A DNA stretch of 64,000 nucleotides from positions 1-64,000 of the IMG/VR virus record IMGVR_UViG_2531839014_000003, one strand, 5' to 3'. Below the pieces are notes generated by a model that was not told the DNA's origin, searched no databases, and worked only from the letters and a program-made list of their open reading frames with translations. This document shows, piece by piece, positions 41,907 to 53,534 of this stretch (the first letter of the stretch is position 1; each line of letters begins with the position of its first letter). The translations under genes were made by a program, and so were the position numbers. Source of the DNA: a virus (Duplodnaviria > Caudoviricetes).

Positions 41907-42880
41907 TATGTACTTTGCCTCACGCAATTTATTACGCTTGCATGAGGCAAAGCCATACTTAGCGGGTGTCTTTTTATGTCACTACCGCATATCTTTTTCG
42001 ATTATTTATCTCAGCGTTCCAGCTTCATAATCTCGTGACAACCTTTATCTACTAAAGGCGTTAAATACATCTGGTGAAGACCTACCCAATTGGTAGCACA
42101 GCGTCACAAACGAATTCAATATTTTTAATCATATAATCTAGCATCGGATTCTTTGGATTAGCCGAGTTATAGGAATCACATTCCATTTGCACATTTGATT
42201 CAACATAGAAATTAAATGAGTCTGATGATTCTAGATGTGAGTTGTCTAAAACAATATACTTTTCCGTATGGCGAAGATTACCTTTTATTGTGCTATATGA
42301 AATTGTAATCTTAAAAACCGGAAGCGTAACCCGTGTTTTAATAAAATTCAACGGATGTACATTTTTAAGTTGCTCCTTAACATAAGGGTCGTATTGTTCA
42401 AACACATCCATGTGAGTCCTACAACCTACCTCCTCAAAGAATTTGCTCGGATGCACTATTTTTCACCACCTTTCCATTATAAATGGGATTTGTTTTATTT
42501 TCTTGTATATTCTGAAATCCATAATCCAATTACCAATTTTTACAGTCGGAAGTTTGTAGGAGTATAATTGAATCATTTGTAGAGCACAATCAATTCGTAT
42601 CATTATACACCTCCTTGACATACGCTGAATCTAACCACTCAATACAATCTTCAATAGCTTCTTGCTGTCCATGTCCAACATAGTCCTGAAAATAGTTACC
42701 ACTTGGAGAGTACCAAAATGTCACATAATATGGAATCGGATTCTCATTTCAATCATAATCACCTATATCTTCTTCTGTTGAATGAACGAGCAACGGTGCC
42801 AGTTCTTCTAACGACATCTGTCTGATTTTATCTATATTTCTCATAATCATTCATTCTCCAATGAAACGATGGTTTATTCC

Positions 42881-43308
42881 CTATAACAAATACCGTAAAC
42901 CACTCAAATACTTTTCTTTAAGTTTATCCGTCAAAGTATCTGTTAGATTCAAATGGTCCTTAATATCAGCCAACTTCACCCAATATGCACATATTTTCCA
43001 ACTTGTATTTTTTGTGTCACGAAGTCTATTACAATAGCATTCGTATGATATGTTAATTGGTTTTGTCAAGGATTTAAGTGCTAGTTTAAAATTGTCAGGC
43101 AAACCACCCCATCATAGCGTGTGTCCTCCAACAAATCATGCATAATGGCAAGTGCTATGCATTCGTCTTTATAAGCAATTGGCATTGTATCATTTTCAGA
43201 TATATATCCAGCCACTCGCATCGCGTGATTAAATGTATCATCATCATAGTATTTTTTAGCTATTCTTATAGCGTCACTGATTTTTACTGGTTCTTTGTCT
43301 AAGGTCAT
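42881..43308 (-). pseudogene. Frameshifted HD-domain (RelA/SpoT hydrolase-like) gene
   Basis: MHDLLEDT in 43081..43308 and VKLADIKDHL in 42881..43102. Confidence 0.7.
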
Positions 43309-43984
43309 TATGTATATCTCCTCTCCGTTTAGCTCAAATCCAATTCATGATGCCATTCCAATGTTATAATCAATATATCAATATCATCATCGTTTAATAG
43401 TTCAAGCTTATTTTCACCACATTTCCCTACGTATGTACCATACTTGTGACGCAAACATTCTAATAAATATTTTTTTACTTCAGGTAATTCTTGTTTCTTC
43501 ATGGCGGCCTCCTATTACACAACCTGAAACCAAGATTTTCTCCTATTTTTGTGGCATGTCATATATTCTTTATAAATTCATAATCATTACAATTCCAAAA
43601 ACTATTATTCCAACGCAGTATACAACTGCCTCAGGCCAACTCATTTATATAATCACCTCACTCCACTTCTATATCTAACGGTACCCCTCGTCTCCAGCTC
43701 AGTTTAATCTCACCGCTTTGTAATTTCTTCAATTGTTCCTGACATTGTTCGTCAGTATCATAGCCAGAGCAAAATACCCTATCATCTGGCGCTCTCCATT
43801 TATCTTTTAAATCAATGATGAAATACAAAACAGTGTGCTTAAGGTTAAACGGCTTCGTACAAATTATGTATCTATTGTCTCTGGCCTTGACCGTATATGG
43901 CCGTTTGTCTGTAGGAATATAAATTTTGTCTTCTACTTCAACTCTCATTTTTAACACCTCACGAATCCAAAGTTTCCTTCCAGC

Positions 43985-44380
43985 TTAGTAATTGACCACA
44001 TACACATCTAACCCATATCTCTTAGCTAAATCAATCATATGTTTAGTTCCTCGACTCTTACCATCCCAGAACGCAATCAGAATACCAATGTTCCCCTCTT
44101 CAGAAGCAAACTTTGCCATATCGGCATTTCTCCTGTAACCAGCACTCTTTCCATAGATATCCCATGCAGCGGGAAATCTTGACACATCATAATGTGCTAT
44201 CTGTGCATATTGTTCACCCAGTTTGTCAGCTCCTCTTGCACTCCCACTAACAATCCGTATTTTATCTATAGTATTATCTTCTTTTGTTACTGTTGCAATA
44301 ATTCCAATGCACTTATTCATTAGTAATGGGAAATCATTAAAATCTCTCCCACCAGCCACAATAATCCTTAACTCTTTCAT
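43985..44380 (-). CDS. DUF2493 / SLOG-family protein
   Basis: IIVAGGRDF, SGSARGAD, AGYRRN..M, AFWDGKSRGT. Confidence 0.8.
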   Translation of the reverse strand: MKELRIIVAGGRDFNDFPLLMNKCIGIIATVTKEDNTIDKIRIVSGSARGADKLGEQYAQIAHYDVSRFPAAWDIYGKSAGYRRNADMAKFASEEGNIGILIAFWDGKSRGTKHMIDLAKRYGLDVYVVNY

Positions 44381-44423
44381 TACTCCTCCCATCATCGCTG
44401 AAAACTCGACTTTCATCTTTTTA

Positions 44424-44537
44424 TGTGGGCGGCAGGACTCGAACCTGCTCTTACTCTGTGTCGGCTACTCCCGATTTACAAGACTTGCACTTGATTGGTT
44501 CTATCGAACTAACGCCAGCTTATGCAAATGCACCCAC
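44424..44537 (-). ncRNA. tRNA-like RNA with canonical acceptor stem and T arm but non-tRNA interior
   Basis: GTGGGTG/CGCCCAC-A, GCAGG-TTCGAGT-CCTGC; 114 nt. Confidence 0.6.
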
Positions 44538-44996
44538 GTTTACACAATTCTTACGAAACCGAAATTTCAGCCTATATCAGAATTCTAACTGTACTAAAAT
44601 CCGAATCTTTAAAGGTTTTATTCCTATACTGAGCCAAACACATCCTATTACTATATAACCCGACAGTAAAAGTTTGTTCATCTTTTAACTTTGAAACGAT
44701 GTTAATATATAAATTTGGATAGAAAGGTTTATCATTTTCTTTGCACCATGCCAATACCTCATATACATTTTCGTCTTCTAAAAACTCGTCTGCTACCACG
44801 TCACCATTGGCGTCTTCACCCTCAACGATTTCAAAATACCTTTCAAATTCATCGTATGACATACACCCTAAATGAACACCCTCACCAAATTTAAAACTAA
44901 TAATGCCATCTTCTGAAATGTCAACTATATCGCACACCTCACCAACATTTGTGAATGCTCCCATAGGTTTTACTAATTTAATTTTATCTTCCTTAG

Positions 44997-46130
44997 TCAT
45001 GTTGCTACCTCTTCTTTCTTGTTTGAAAATTTCTTGTTCCAATTATCAATCACCTTTTGTTCTTCATCCGTCACATCGTCATTAAATCTTCGTTTTGCTT
45101 GCACAATTCTATCGTTTCTAATTTCTATCGTTACAAGGCTTTCATCTGGAGCGGATTTCTTTCTTAAAAACATAATATGACATTTTCCATCAATAACCTT
45201 ATCGATGTACGATGATACGCAATTATTTTGCTGTACAGATTCATCCTTAATATCCTGTATATTTTCTGGATAAATGAATTGATAATCCCCAAAAGTACAT
45301 TCGTACTTTTTCATAATTCTCTTTTTAAAAAGATCTTCTGAAAATTCTTTTTTCATTCTGTTGTAATTTCTACAAGCAATCTTATGAGTCGTAAGAAAAT
45401 GACGAGGATATTTATCAAATTTATCGCTGATAGTGTTCATCATTTTTGCGTAATCATATAATTCTTTGATAAGATACCCCATATCCTCCATAGCTTCATA
45501 AGTTTTAAGTTGATCAGCATATAAGAACAATGCTTTCGCAGTATATCCAAAATTATTTATAAGTAAATCAAAATATGTATAACAATCATAACTTAATGTT
45601 TCTCTATTATATTCCGACTCATCTCTTGTCCATAATTTATAAATATCTCTATCATCTAAGCTCATATATTCAAGATGGTATCCTAAAATAATAGCATTTG
45701 GATTTTTCTTATAATATTCCAAGATACTATTTGACAACTGGATTGCATGCGTTCTACATAATTTAATTAACGCTTTAGGAATATCATTTATTTTATACTT
45801 AAAATTTCTTCCGCTACACAAAATATCATCAATCCCAGCAGAAAATAACTGTTCGTAATTTTCATATCGTTGGACTCTATCAAGAATTGTTCCTATATTT
45901 TCTATAGGATAAGGCTCTTGTCTCTGAACAAAAGCTAAGAATTTAGCATATTTTTGATCATCACAACAAGCAAATAAATTCTCGATTGATAGTCCTCTTA
46001 ATTGTCCACACAGTTTCCCTACTGGCTTACCCTTAATTCCAATTGCAGTTTTAGTAGCAAAATCATATTTTGCAGTTCTTCCATCTTCAAAGTCAAAGAT
46101 GAGATATTGTTTCTCTTTATAAACCCTCGT
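44997..46130 (-). CDS. PcfJ-like domain protein with probable ACG start
   Basis: DYAKM, E...Q.NCV.SY, I.FLR, TIEI...IVQ; frame open to ACG at 46130 behind AAGGAGGT. Confidence 0.75.
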   Translation of the reverse strand, partial: TRVYKEKQYLIFDFEDGRTAKYDFATKTAIGIKGKPVGKLCGQLRGLSIENLFACCDDQKYAKFLAFVQRQEPYPIENIGTILDRVQRYENYEQLFSAGIDDILCSGRNFKYKINDIPKALIKLCRTHAIQLSNSILEYYKKNPNAIILGYHLEYMSLDDRDIYKLWTRDESEYNRETLSYDCYTYFDLLINNFGYTAKALFLYADQLKTYEAMEDMGYLIKELYDYAKMMNTISDKFDKYPRHFLTTHKIACRNYNRMKKEFSEDLFKKRIMKKYECTFGDYQFIYPENIQDIKDESVQQNNCVSSYIDKVIDGKCHIMFLRKKSAPDESLVTIEIRNDRIVQAKRRFNDDVTDEEQKVIDNWNKKFSNKKEEVAT

Positions 46131-47300
46131 TGGTAACGACCTCCTTCTGAATATTTTTTGAAATACTACATGCGGTTGTGAAGCCGCACGTAGCCCATTA
46201 CTTTTTTATTCAGTGATACTTATAATAGGAGTAGAGCCACCCTGAACCTTTGGAACCTTACCATCTCTGCCTCCCTCTATACTTTATTCTCTTAAAACTC
46301 AGTCTAAATGTTTGTTTTAACTGCTCTCTTCATTTTTACTATCTTGTTCGTACCAAGCATCCAGAACTGTCAGATACATATCCCCTAATTTGGTCAACCA
46401 ACATCCTCCGATTCCACTTCCATGCTCTAAAATATCTTTTGAATCTAACATGTATAAAATGAACTGTAACACTCCATAATCCAGGTCATTTACTGTATCC
46501 AAGTTAAGATCGCTATAATATTTTTCTTGTACTGATTCAAATGCTACTTTTTTATTTTGCCAATCCTTCCTGATATGAAGAACCCTCCGGATCACCTCAT
46601 GAGTATCTTCAGGAACACCACAACCGCACATACCTACAATTTCGTATGAAAAGAAATCCATCAGTTCCTTAATGAGAGATTCTTCATACCATTCTTCTCT
46701 ACAGCCATTTATCACAACATTGTTACATGATATACAACTGCCTGGATATTTCTCTATTATCCATTCTGTTATTTCGCTTAATTTCATACTTCTCCCTTCT
46801 TTTCACGGAAGAAATGAAAATTTCATTGCTCAATAACTTTTAACATACTAATAGGAATTTTTCTAATCTCACCGCCAGCCAATTGAACAATTCCATATGT
46901 ACCCCAAAAATTACTCGTCGTATCAATCCACTCTCCTGTTTCGTTATTGCAGGCATGACACGGTGGCAGTTCATTACAATATACCGCCATGTCAAGACAC
47001 ATTCGACACTCACTACTTGATTTTTGAATCTCTACATTCTTCATTCACAATCTCCTTGAATCTCTTTCTATTTCCTGCAACACACATAGTGCATAAATCA
47101 TTTTTAGGTTTACATTTAGGCGGTTTGTTTTCAAACCATTCCATGTATGGACACATTATTTAACCCCTTTCCGATCTGCTTTTGTCTTCTTCCTTGCTTC
47201 CTTCTCGGCTTTTAACTGATTGTCCAGTTTTGCCATAATACTCGTCATCTTTGCAAATTCTGTTCTCGGTTTTCTTTTACTGTTGTTCTTTCCCATTGTT

Positions 47301-47984
47301 TTATTCTCCTTTATTAATCCACTCTTCTACTTTCTTATCGTTTAACTCATCATAGAAATACTTATACCCAAGCAACCTCGGATAATCGCAATTATCCATG
47401 CGTTCCCACATTAGATATTCACACCAGTTTGGTTCATTGAACTCTATTTCCGGATGATATTTCTCCAATTTCTTATTCAGTTTCCAGTTATTGTGATTTT
47501 CCGTCCTATACCATGAAGGATTTTCATGCATATTACCATAACAGTCATTATTATTACGAATGATTGTACTTTGCTCATAATCTTTGATTTCAACAAGTAC
47601 ATCTTCTACGGATATTCTTTTTGCCAAACGACATATCCACTTCTGGAACTGTTTATAAGTCTGTTCAAATTCTCTATCACGCAAAGAACCATCCACAACT
47701 AAAATGTATTCAGATTGAACCCGCAACCAACCTCGTTTCCGACTCCTATCGCCGGAACTATCTCTTAGATTGTTCGTTACTCGCCCAAACTCATCGCAAG
47801 AACATGAACTATCAGTTCCTTCTTTTTGAATCACATAAACATTCATATCTCGTTCCGATCCAGATACCACCGGAAGATGTTCTAAAACGGTATCAAGTAT
47901 ATACCTCTTTTCTGCTTGAGTCCTTCCCATTGGACTGACTACTATTGTCCCATGTACATATGTCCACCAACTCATATTTATCAA
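47301..47984 (-). CDS. Hypothetical phage protein
   Basis: 227-aa ORF with SD. Confidence 0.6.
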   Translation of the reverse strand: MINMSWWTYVHGTIVVSPMGRTQAEKRYILDTVLEHLPVVSGSERDMNVYVIQKEGTDSSCSCDEFGRVTNNLRDSSGDRSRKRGWLRVQSEYILVVDGSLRDREFEQTYKQFQKWICRLAKRISVEDVLVEIKDYEQSTIIRNNNDCYGNMHENPSWYRTENHNNWKLNKKLEKYHPEIEFNEPNWCEYLMWERMDNCDYPRLLGYKYFYDELNDKKVEEWINKGE

Positions 47985-48031
47985 CTCCTCTTTGATTATT
48001 TATTCTCCAAATAAAAGATTCATTTAATGCC

Positions 48032-49279
48032 TTAATATTCCCAATTTTCTTCTCTCAACTGAAATGCGTCACCACACTCAATTATGTCTGAATAATTCTT
48101 CAAAGCCACTTTCATTGCATAAGAATCAATTTCATATGCCTTGTATGTAATGTTTGTATATCCTAATTTCTCTAAACAATATCTGCCTGTTGCGATACCG
48201 TCATACATTGACAGAACTTCGATTGGATAATCTTTTGGAAAATCAATGTAAGATAAGATATGAATAATAACTTCTGCTGTCCAACCGTTACCGATACACT
48301 TATACCTCTGCGCATTAGAAATTCCATCTGTGTAGTTGTCAGGGAGAGTTTGTAGTCTTTCGCACTCAATCGGTGTCAATTTACGAATTGTATAATATCC
48401 ATCCAGAAGGTTTATTTTATATTTTTCATCCCTATAACAGATGTATCCGCCTTTGACGCAGTAAATTAACTTGCCACCTATCTCAATATTTCCACTTTCA
48501 TGTATTATTACATTTTCATACTCTGATAAATTAAAATCTGTCAACTCAGCAACCATAGTTCTTCTATATTTTTCAAGAGTTTGTTTTGGGTTAAAACCTT
48601 TATAATAATTTGCGTCTATACAGTGTGCTTTACCATTTGAATCAATACCAAATGGAAATACTGGAGCTGCATATAATCCTGTTTTTGCGCCTTGTCCACC
48701 ACCATTTGCAACAAGATTTACCGATTTACCGTATGGAGAATAAACTCTATGTGCCTGAGAATTACTACCTATATCTCCGATTCTTACTGGTTCTGCAACC
48801 ATTGTATGTCTATGACGTTTCAATGTATCAGAAATAATCGCACCAGAGCATATCGTAGTTAATGCATATGATTTTTCCAACCACGTTGCACCACTTTCCA
48901 GAATATCAATTAAATATATTTCTCTATCTTTCGGCTGTTCAACACCAGGAATGTTGTGTGCATAAAATCTCTGCCTATTCTGTGCAGAAACTAAAGCTGA
49001 ATTTATGTACTGTAAACCAACACCAAGTTCATGACTAATCTGGTCTTTAATTGCTTGTACTGCCGATTTATTATTTTCATATAAGAAAAAGTCTGGTTTA
49101 AACTTCTCTTTCGCAATGAGATAATTCTTAAACAGTTCCCATCCTAAACCTTCTGCTTCTGTCTCTCGGTTATTTTTTTGTGCGATAGACCAATATGTAC
49201 ATGGACTACCACCAATCAGTATCCGTAATGGTCTTCCATTTAGTCTATCTTTTAAACTATTTCTTTCCTCTGTATTCAT
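48032..49279 (-). CDS. C5-cytosine DNA methyltransferase, circularly permuted
   Basis: GGSPC (IV), ENN (VI), QNRQR (VIII), R.LTP.ECERLQ (IX), GNG (X), then LSMYDG and YEID (I-II) at the C-terminus. Confidence 0.9.
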   Translation of the reverse strand: MNTEERNSLKDRLNGRPLRILIGGSPCTYWSIAQKNNRETEAEGLGWELFKNYLIAKEKFKPDFFLYENNKSAVQAIKDQISHELGVGLQYINSALVSAQNRQRFYAHNIPGVEQPKDREIYLIDILESGATWLEKSYALTTICSGAIISDTLKRHRHTMVAEPVRIGDIGSNSQAHRVYSPYGKSVNLVANGGGQGAKTGLYAAPVFPFGIDSNGKAHCIDANYYKGFNPKQTLEKYRRTMVAELTDFNLSEYENVIIHESGNIEIGGKLIYCVKGGYICYRDEKYKINLLDGYYTIRKLTPIECERLQTLPDNYTDGISNAQRYKCIGNGWTAEVIIHILSYIDFPKDYPIEVLSMYDGIATGRYCLEKLGYTNITYKAYEIDSYAMKVALKNYSDIIECGDAFQLREENWEY

Positions 49280-50599
49280 TAAACCATTGAATTACAAGGA
49301 TATGCATATCACTTTAACCGGTGTTATTGTAAAAATTCCTTTCTTTTCATTTTGATTTACTATATAAAAATGTTTGCAACCATTGATATATAGCCACTTA
49401 GTTATTCTCTTTTACCTTATAAGATAAAAGAAATATTTATTATCTTTTATATATTCTCTTTGTTGTCTACGTATTCTTCTGTTAATCAATTCATTATGGA
49501 ATCTCTTTGAGTGGTCTGAGTCCATAATAGGTTCTAATGACCCGTCTTTTCTTAATTTGAAAACTGCGTAGCCATCCTTTATTGGATCACACTGTTTATA
49601 ACAAAATTTACCAACTTTCTGCTTTATATAAACAGAGGGGGTATGGTAAAATCCGAACTCTTTTCTGAATGAAATATATTCCCAGTATGGATGATTCATT
49701 TGTAGCAAATTCTCTCTTGCTGTTTTTCTTACTTCTTTTAATTTCAAAACTACCAACTCCATTTTCGACTTGAGTAACATTTCTTCTTATTTAACATCTA
49801 CTTCTCCGAAATCTAATTTATTGCATATGGCAATCGGAATCCCATAAAATTCATCAAATGTCCTTTCACTCCCTATCTCCTTACTAACATGTCCATCATT
49901 ACACTTGGTCATTAACGCACATCTAGTAGCTGAACTCATAACCAAATAAGAATCATCTTTTCTGTAATTTGTCATATTTGTATAGTCTACAATAGCAGCC
50001 ATCAATTTACTTACATCTATACTTCTTTTAATATCAACTCTCAATTTTTACCTCCGCTACGCCGTCTCTAACACGTTACAAACGCCCTCAATAATCTTGT
50101 CTCTCAAGTCCTTGCAAAATTCTTCAAGTAACACAACATCTTTTTCCCAATCATGAATCATCAGTTCATCCCACGAAAAAATTGTCCCTGATTTATTTAA
50201 ATTTTAATTCTCCTTCCTTCAAAATGGTTCAACCACCTTTTCAAAATCCTCATTACTAATTCCAAATGCTTCATAATCGTACATCCAATGAGAGATGTCA
50301 GCCCTCTTACCTCTGATAACAGGGTCGTTTTTAGTTGGTTTCAATATATCTATATGGCTACCATTTTTGAAGTTAATTACCGTCTTCCCAACTTCTGATA
50401 TTTCTCTTTTAACAATTTCATATTTATTAATAATTCTCTTAATTTCATCAAAATATTCTTTTGAATATTCCTCACATGAAAATGCTATTCCGATACAAGA
50501 TTCAGAATAAAGGATAGCTCTAAAAACTGCTTCTATTCCTTTAATATACATACAATCGCCATTTTCTTACTCAAAATGAAAGTCATATTTCATGACTAA

Positions 50600-51559
50600 C
50601 TATTCTATTTTTACTCCTATATATTCTAACACTTCTCTCATACCAAGGCCGCCATCTGATACAGGTTTCATGCAAAAATACCATAGTTCCGGATGAGTTT
50701 TCTTCAACATCTGAAATCTATTTGGCTCTTTTTCTAAATGGCAACCATAGCCACAGAAAATACAACCGGTTCTTTTATATCCTGTCGTATACCATTTACC
50801 AGTTTCATCCTGTTTAATTTCTCCATATACTGATGGATATGGTAAATGGTATGTAGCTATGTATTCTAATACATTTTGTTCAGTCCAAAATGACATTGGC
50901 TGACTTCTTTGTTCTTTTCCTTCAAAAGCATTGCACCCATATTTTATCCAATTTAATTTTCTATTAACGCTCTCTTCTGTCATTGTACCAAATATTGGTT
51001 TTAATCCTGTTCTTTTAGCAAAATTTTTGTTAGGAGTTTTCTTTAGTTTTGTACAACAATAGTCAGATATCTTAAAAGGTGCATCTACAAGAAACCACCA
51101 TTTACCATTTCCTCCAAACAAAGTATTTTCTATTTCCCCACTTAAATATTTTGCTCTTGTACACGTCTGATCATTTTTTGCGCTATTGACATATCCAGAT
51201 ATTCTCTTACTAATAATTGGATAACCGTAATTCAAAACAACATCTTTAAATAATATTCTTTTTCCTTTTCTGTCTCTTGGGTATTCTATTATTGTTTCAA
51301 CATCTAATCCTTCAAATTCTTTTTTCAAGAAATCACCATATGTCTTTACGTGTTCTCGTAATTCAGGAAATTCTAATCCTGTATCTGAAAACCACAATAC
51401 TAATTTACAATGGAACATGTCACAAACTTGTGCAGCTATATAAGCCAATACTGTACTATCTTTCCCACCACTGAATGATACATAACACTTTTTATCATTT
51501 CTCAAATACCACTCCATCAGTCTTGCTTGTGTGACTCCAACCTTTTCACCTAAGGTCAT
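50600..51559 (-). CDS. PAPS reductase-family protein (start may lie further upstream)
   Basis: SFSGGKDS, CC..LKK.P, RTGCIFC; paralog of 40905..41906. Confidence 0.85.
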   Translation of the reverse strand: MTLGEKVGVTQARLMEWYLRNDKKCYVSFSGGKDSTVLAYIAAQVCDMFHCKLVLWFSDTGLEFPELREHVKTYGDFLKKEFEGLDVETIIEYPRDRKGKRILFKDVVLNYGYPIISKRISGYVNSAKNDQTCTRAKYLSGEIENTLFGGNGKWWFLVDAPFKISDYCCTKLKKTPNKNFAKRTGLKPIFGTMTEESVNRKLNWIKYGCNAFEGKEQRSQPMSFWTEQNVLEYIATYHLPYPSVYGEIKQDETGKWYTTGYKRTGCIFCGYGCHLEKEPNRFQMLKKTHPELWYFCMKPVSDGGLGMREVLEYIGVKIE

Positions 51560-51762
51560 TGATTGAAGTGCTTTAAGTTGTTCAAGAGTGTGCTTATTAT
51601 CATATGAATTAAAATTTTCAACAGAGTTTTAGCGGTTGCAAACGCTGTAAATTCAATGATTATAAGGAAGGGAATACAAGTATTACCGGTAAAGATGAGA
51701 ATATTCTCCTTGTAAATTAAAGAGATTTGAATAGAGAAGAAGATAAAAATTTTATTTTCTAC

Positions 51763-52491
51763 CTACTTATTCTCTTTTTCTTCTCTAAATTTCTTTTCAA
51801 AATACTCAATGCCCTTGCCTTTATACGGAACCTGGCATGTATCTTCGTACCATTTCAGTTTATCCCAATATCCCGGCAGTTTCTCGTAAATATTACGAAG
51901 CTCTTTCTGATTCTTATTCCCACAACACCAACAAGAAACCCTATCCAAAAGCACATATAACTCATATCCATTTTCCTGCCAGCTCCATCCGTTTTCATAA
52001 CAATATTGCAAACAGTCTTTCTCCGACATATTTCATTCAGAAAGTGGATAAACTTTTATATTCTTGTCACGCTTAGTTCTATACTTCTCTATTCGCTGTG
52101 GTTCATCAGCAGCTACGCCAACATATTCTACAATTACTTCATTACCATAATTCTCTTTGTAGTGTTTTTTAATTGCAGATAATTTTCCAGAAGTTCCCCA
52201 TCTAGCCATTCCACCACACCAATTATACCCGCGTTTAATAAGTCCACTTCTGGCCTTTACTTCTTTTTCAAATGCACGATATGTAAAAGGAAGAACATCT
52301 TTTAACACTGTAAACTTAATTTTCTTTTCTTCTAAAATCTTAGATAGTTTATCTCTATTATTATAAATTGCCTGGAACTCCATTTCCGTGTCATAAAAGA
52401 TAACCTCATCTAACGGATATCCTTTTTCAATCAACAATAGAACCATTGCTAAACTATCTTTCCCAAAACTACAGCTTGCTATATACTTCAT
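51763..52491 (-). pseudogene. PAPS reductase-family gene interrupted by an in-frame TGA
   Basis: SCSFGKDS; PLSE*NMSEKDCL versus PLSEWNMSEKDCL in the neighbouring paralog; RVSCWCC. Confidence 0.8.
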
Positions 52492-52631
52492 ACCAGCCAC
52501 TTACCTTATGGTGCGTGGTAAACGATATACCCTCCCATGCCCACAATTAAGTGGGCGCTGCTATTATCGTCTTTATGTTGAGTTATGCAGTCTCACAACA
52601 ACCGGTTTCACCGTATAGGTATTACTCCTTC

Positions 52632-53348
52632 CTATTTTTTATTTTCATTTTCAACTTCTCTCTTAAACCTTTCTTCTAGTTCAAACACTGATTTACCTTC
52701 GCCTTTCATAGGCTCGTCAATCCTGCTTTGCAACCCTTTCAGCATCTTCCAATATTTAGGAAGATATAAATACATATTTTTAAGTTCTTTAAGATTTTTG
52801 TTTCTACACGACCAGCAACTTACACGGTCTAATATAGAATACAAATCAACTCCGTCCTCTTCCCAAGTGATATCGTGCTTGTAACAATAATCAAGACAAT
52901 CCTTTTCAGACATATTCCACTCTGATAAAGGAGCTATTTTGTTGTAATCTAACTTCTGAAGTCTCTTAGTTTCATCTGATGCTATACCAACGTACACAAT
53001 AGAATCTTTCGTATATTTGTTGCATATTGCTTGTTTTTTAAATGTATGCCATCTACAAGTTCCACCACAATATCCATCTCCATATACTATTTCTCCAGTT
53101 CTCTTTTTCTTTTCACGAATAAGCATGTCTATCCAAAACGGATTTTCGGGTTTTAATTCTGTATATTTAATGTTATTCTCTTCTAACACCGGAATAATTT
53201 TATCTCTCACATCATAAACTGCTTTAAACTCCATGCCAGTATCGTAAAATATCACTTCGTCAAGAGGATATTTTTTCTCAATTAACATCAATATCATAGC
53301 TGTGCTGTCTTTCCCCCAGCTACAACTTGCAATATATTTTTCTTTCAC
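52632..53348 (-). CDS. PAPS reductase-family protein
   Basis: SCSWGKDS, YDTGMEF, RVSCWSC; probable GTG start at 53348. Confidence 0.85.
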   Translation of the reverse strand: MKEKYIASCSWGKDSTAMILMLIEKKYPLDEVIFYDTGMEFKAVYDVRDKIIPVLEENNIKYTELKPENPFWIDMLIREKKKRTGEIVYGDGYCGGTCRWHTFKKQAICNKYTKDSIVYVGIASDETKRLQKLDYNKIAPLSEWNMSEKDCLDYCYKHDITWEEDGVDLYSILDRVSCWSCRNKNLKELKNMYLYLPKYWKMLKGLQSRIDEPMKGEGKSVFELEERFKREVENENKK

Positions 53349-53534
53349 ACCAACCACTAACCATATTCTAGTCAATGGTAATTATCTTCTGCTGACAAAT
53401 CGGCCAATTGTTATACTTTTACTATCACACACATTAATCTGAATTGTGATAAACCTAGTTTCACTAGGATAAGGTGTTACTCCTTTCTTTTCTTCTCATT
53501 GTCTTATTCCTACTTTCTTACTTTTCCAATTAAA

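Noticed and set aside
52489-53485. Leaders as hammerhead ribozymes because of GAAAC
   Set aside because: No CTGANGA core found; GAAA is in a hairpin loop
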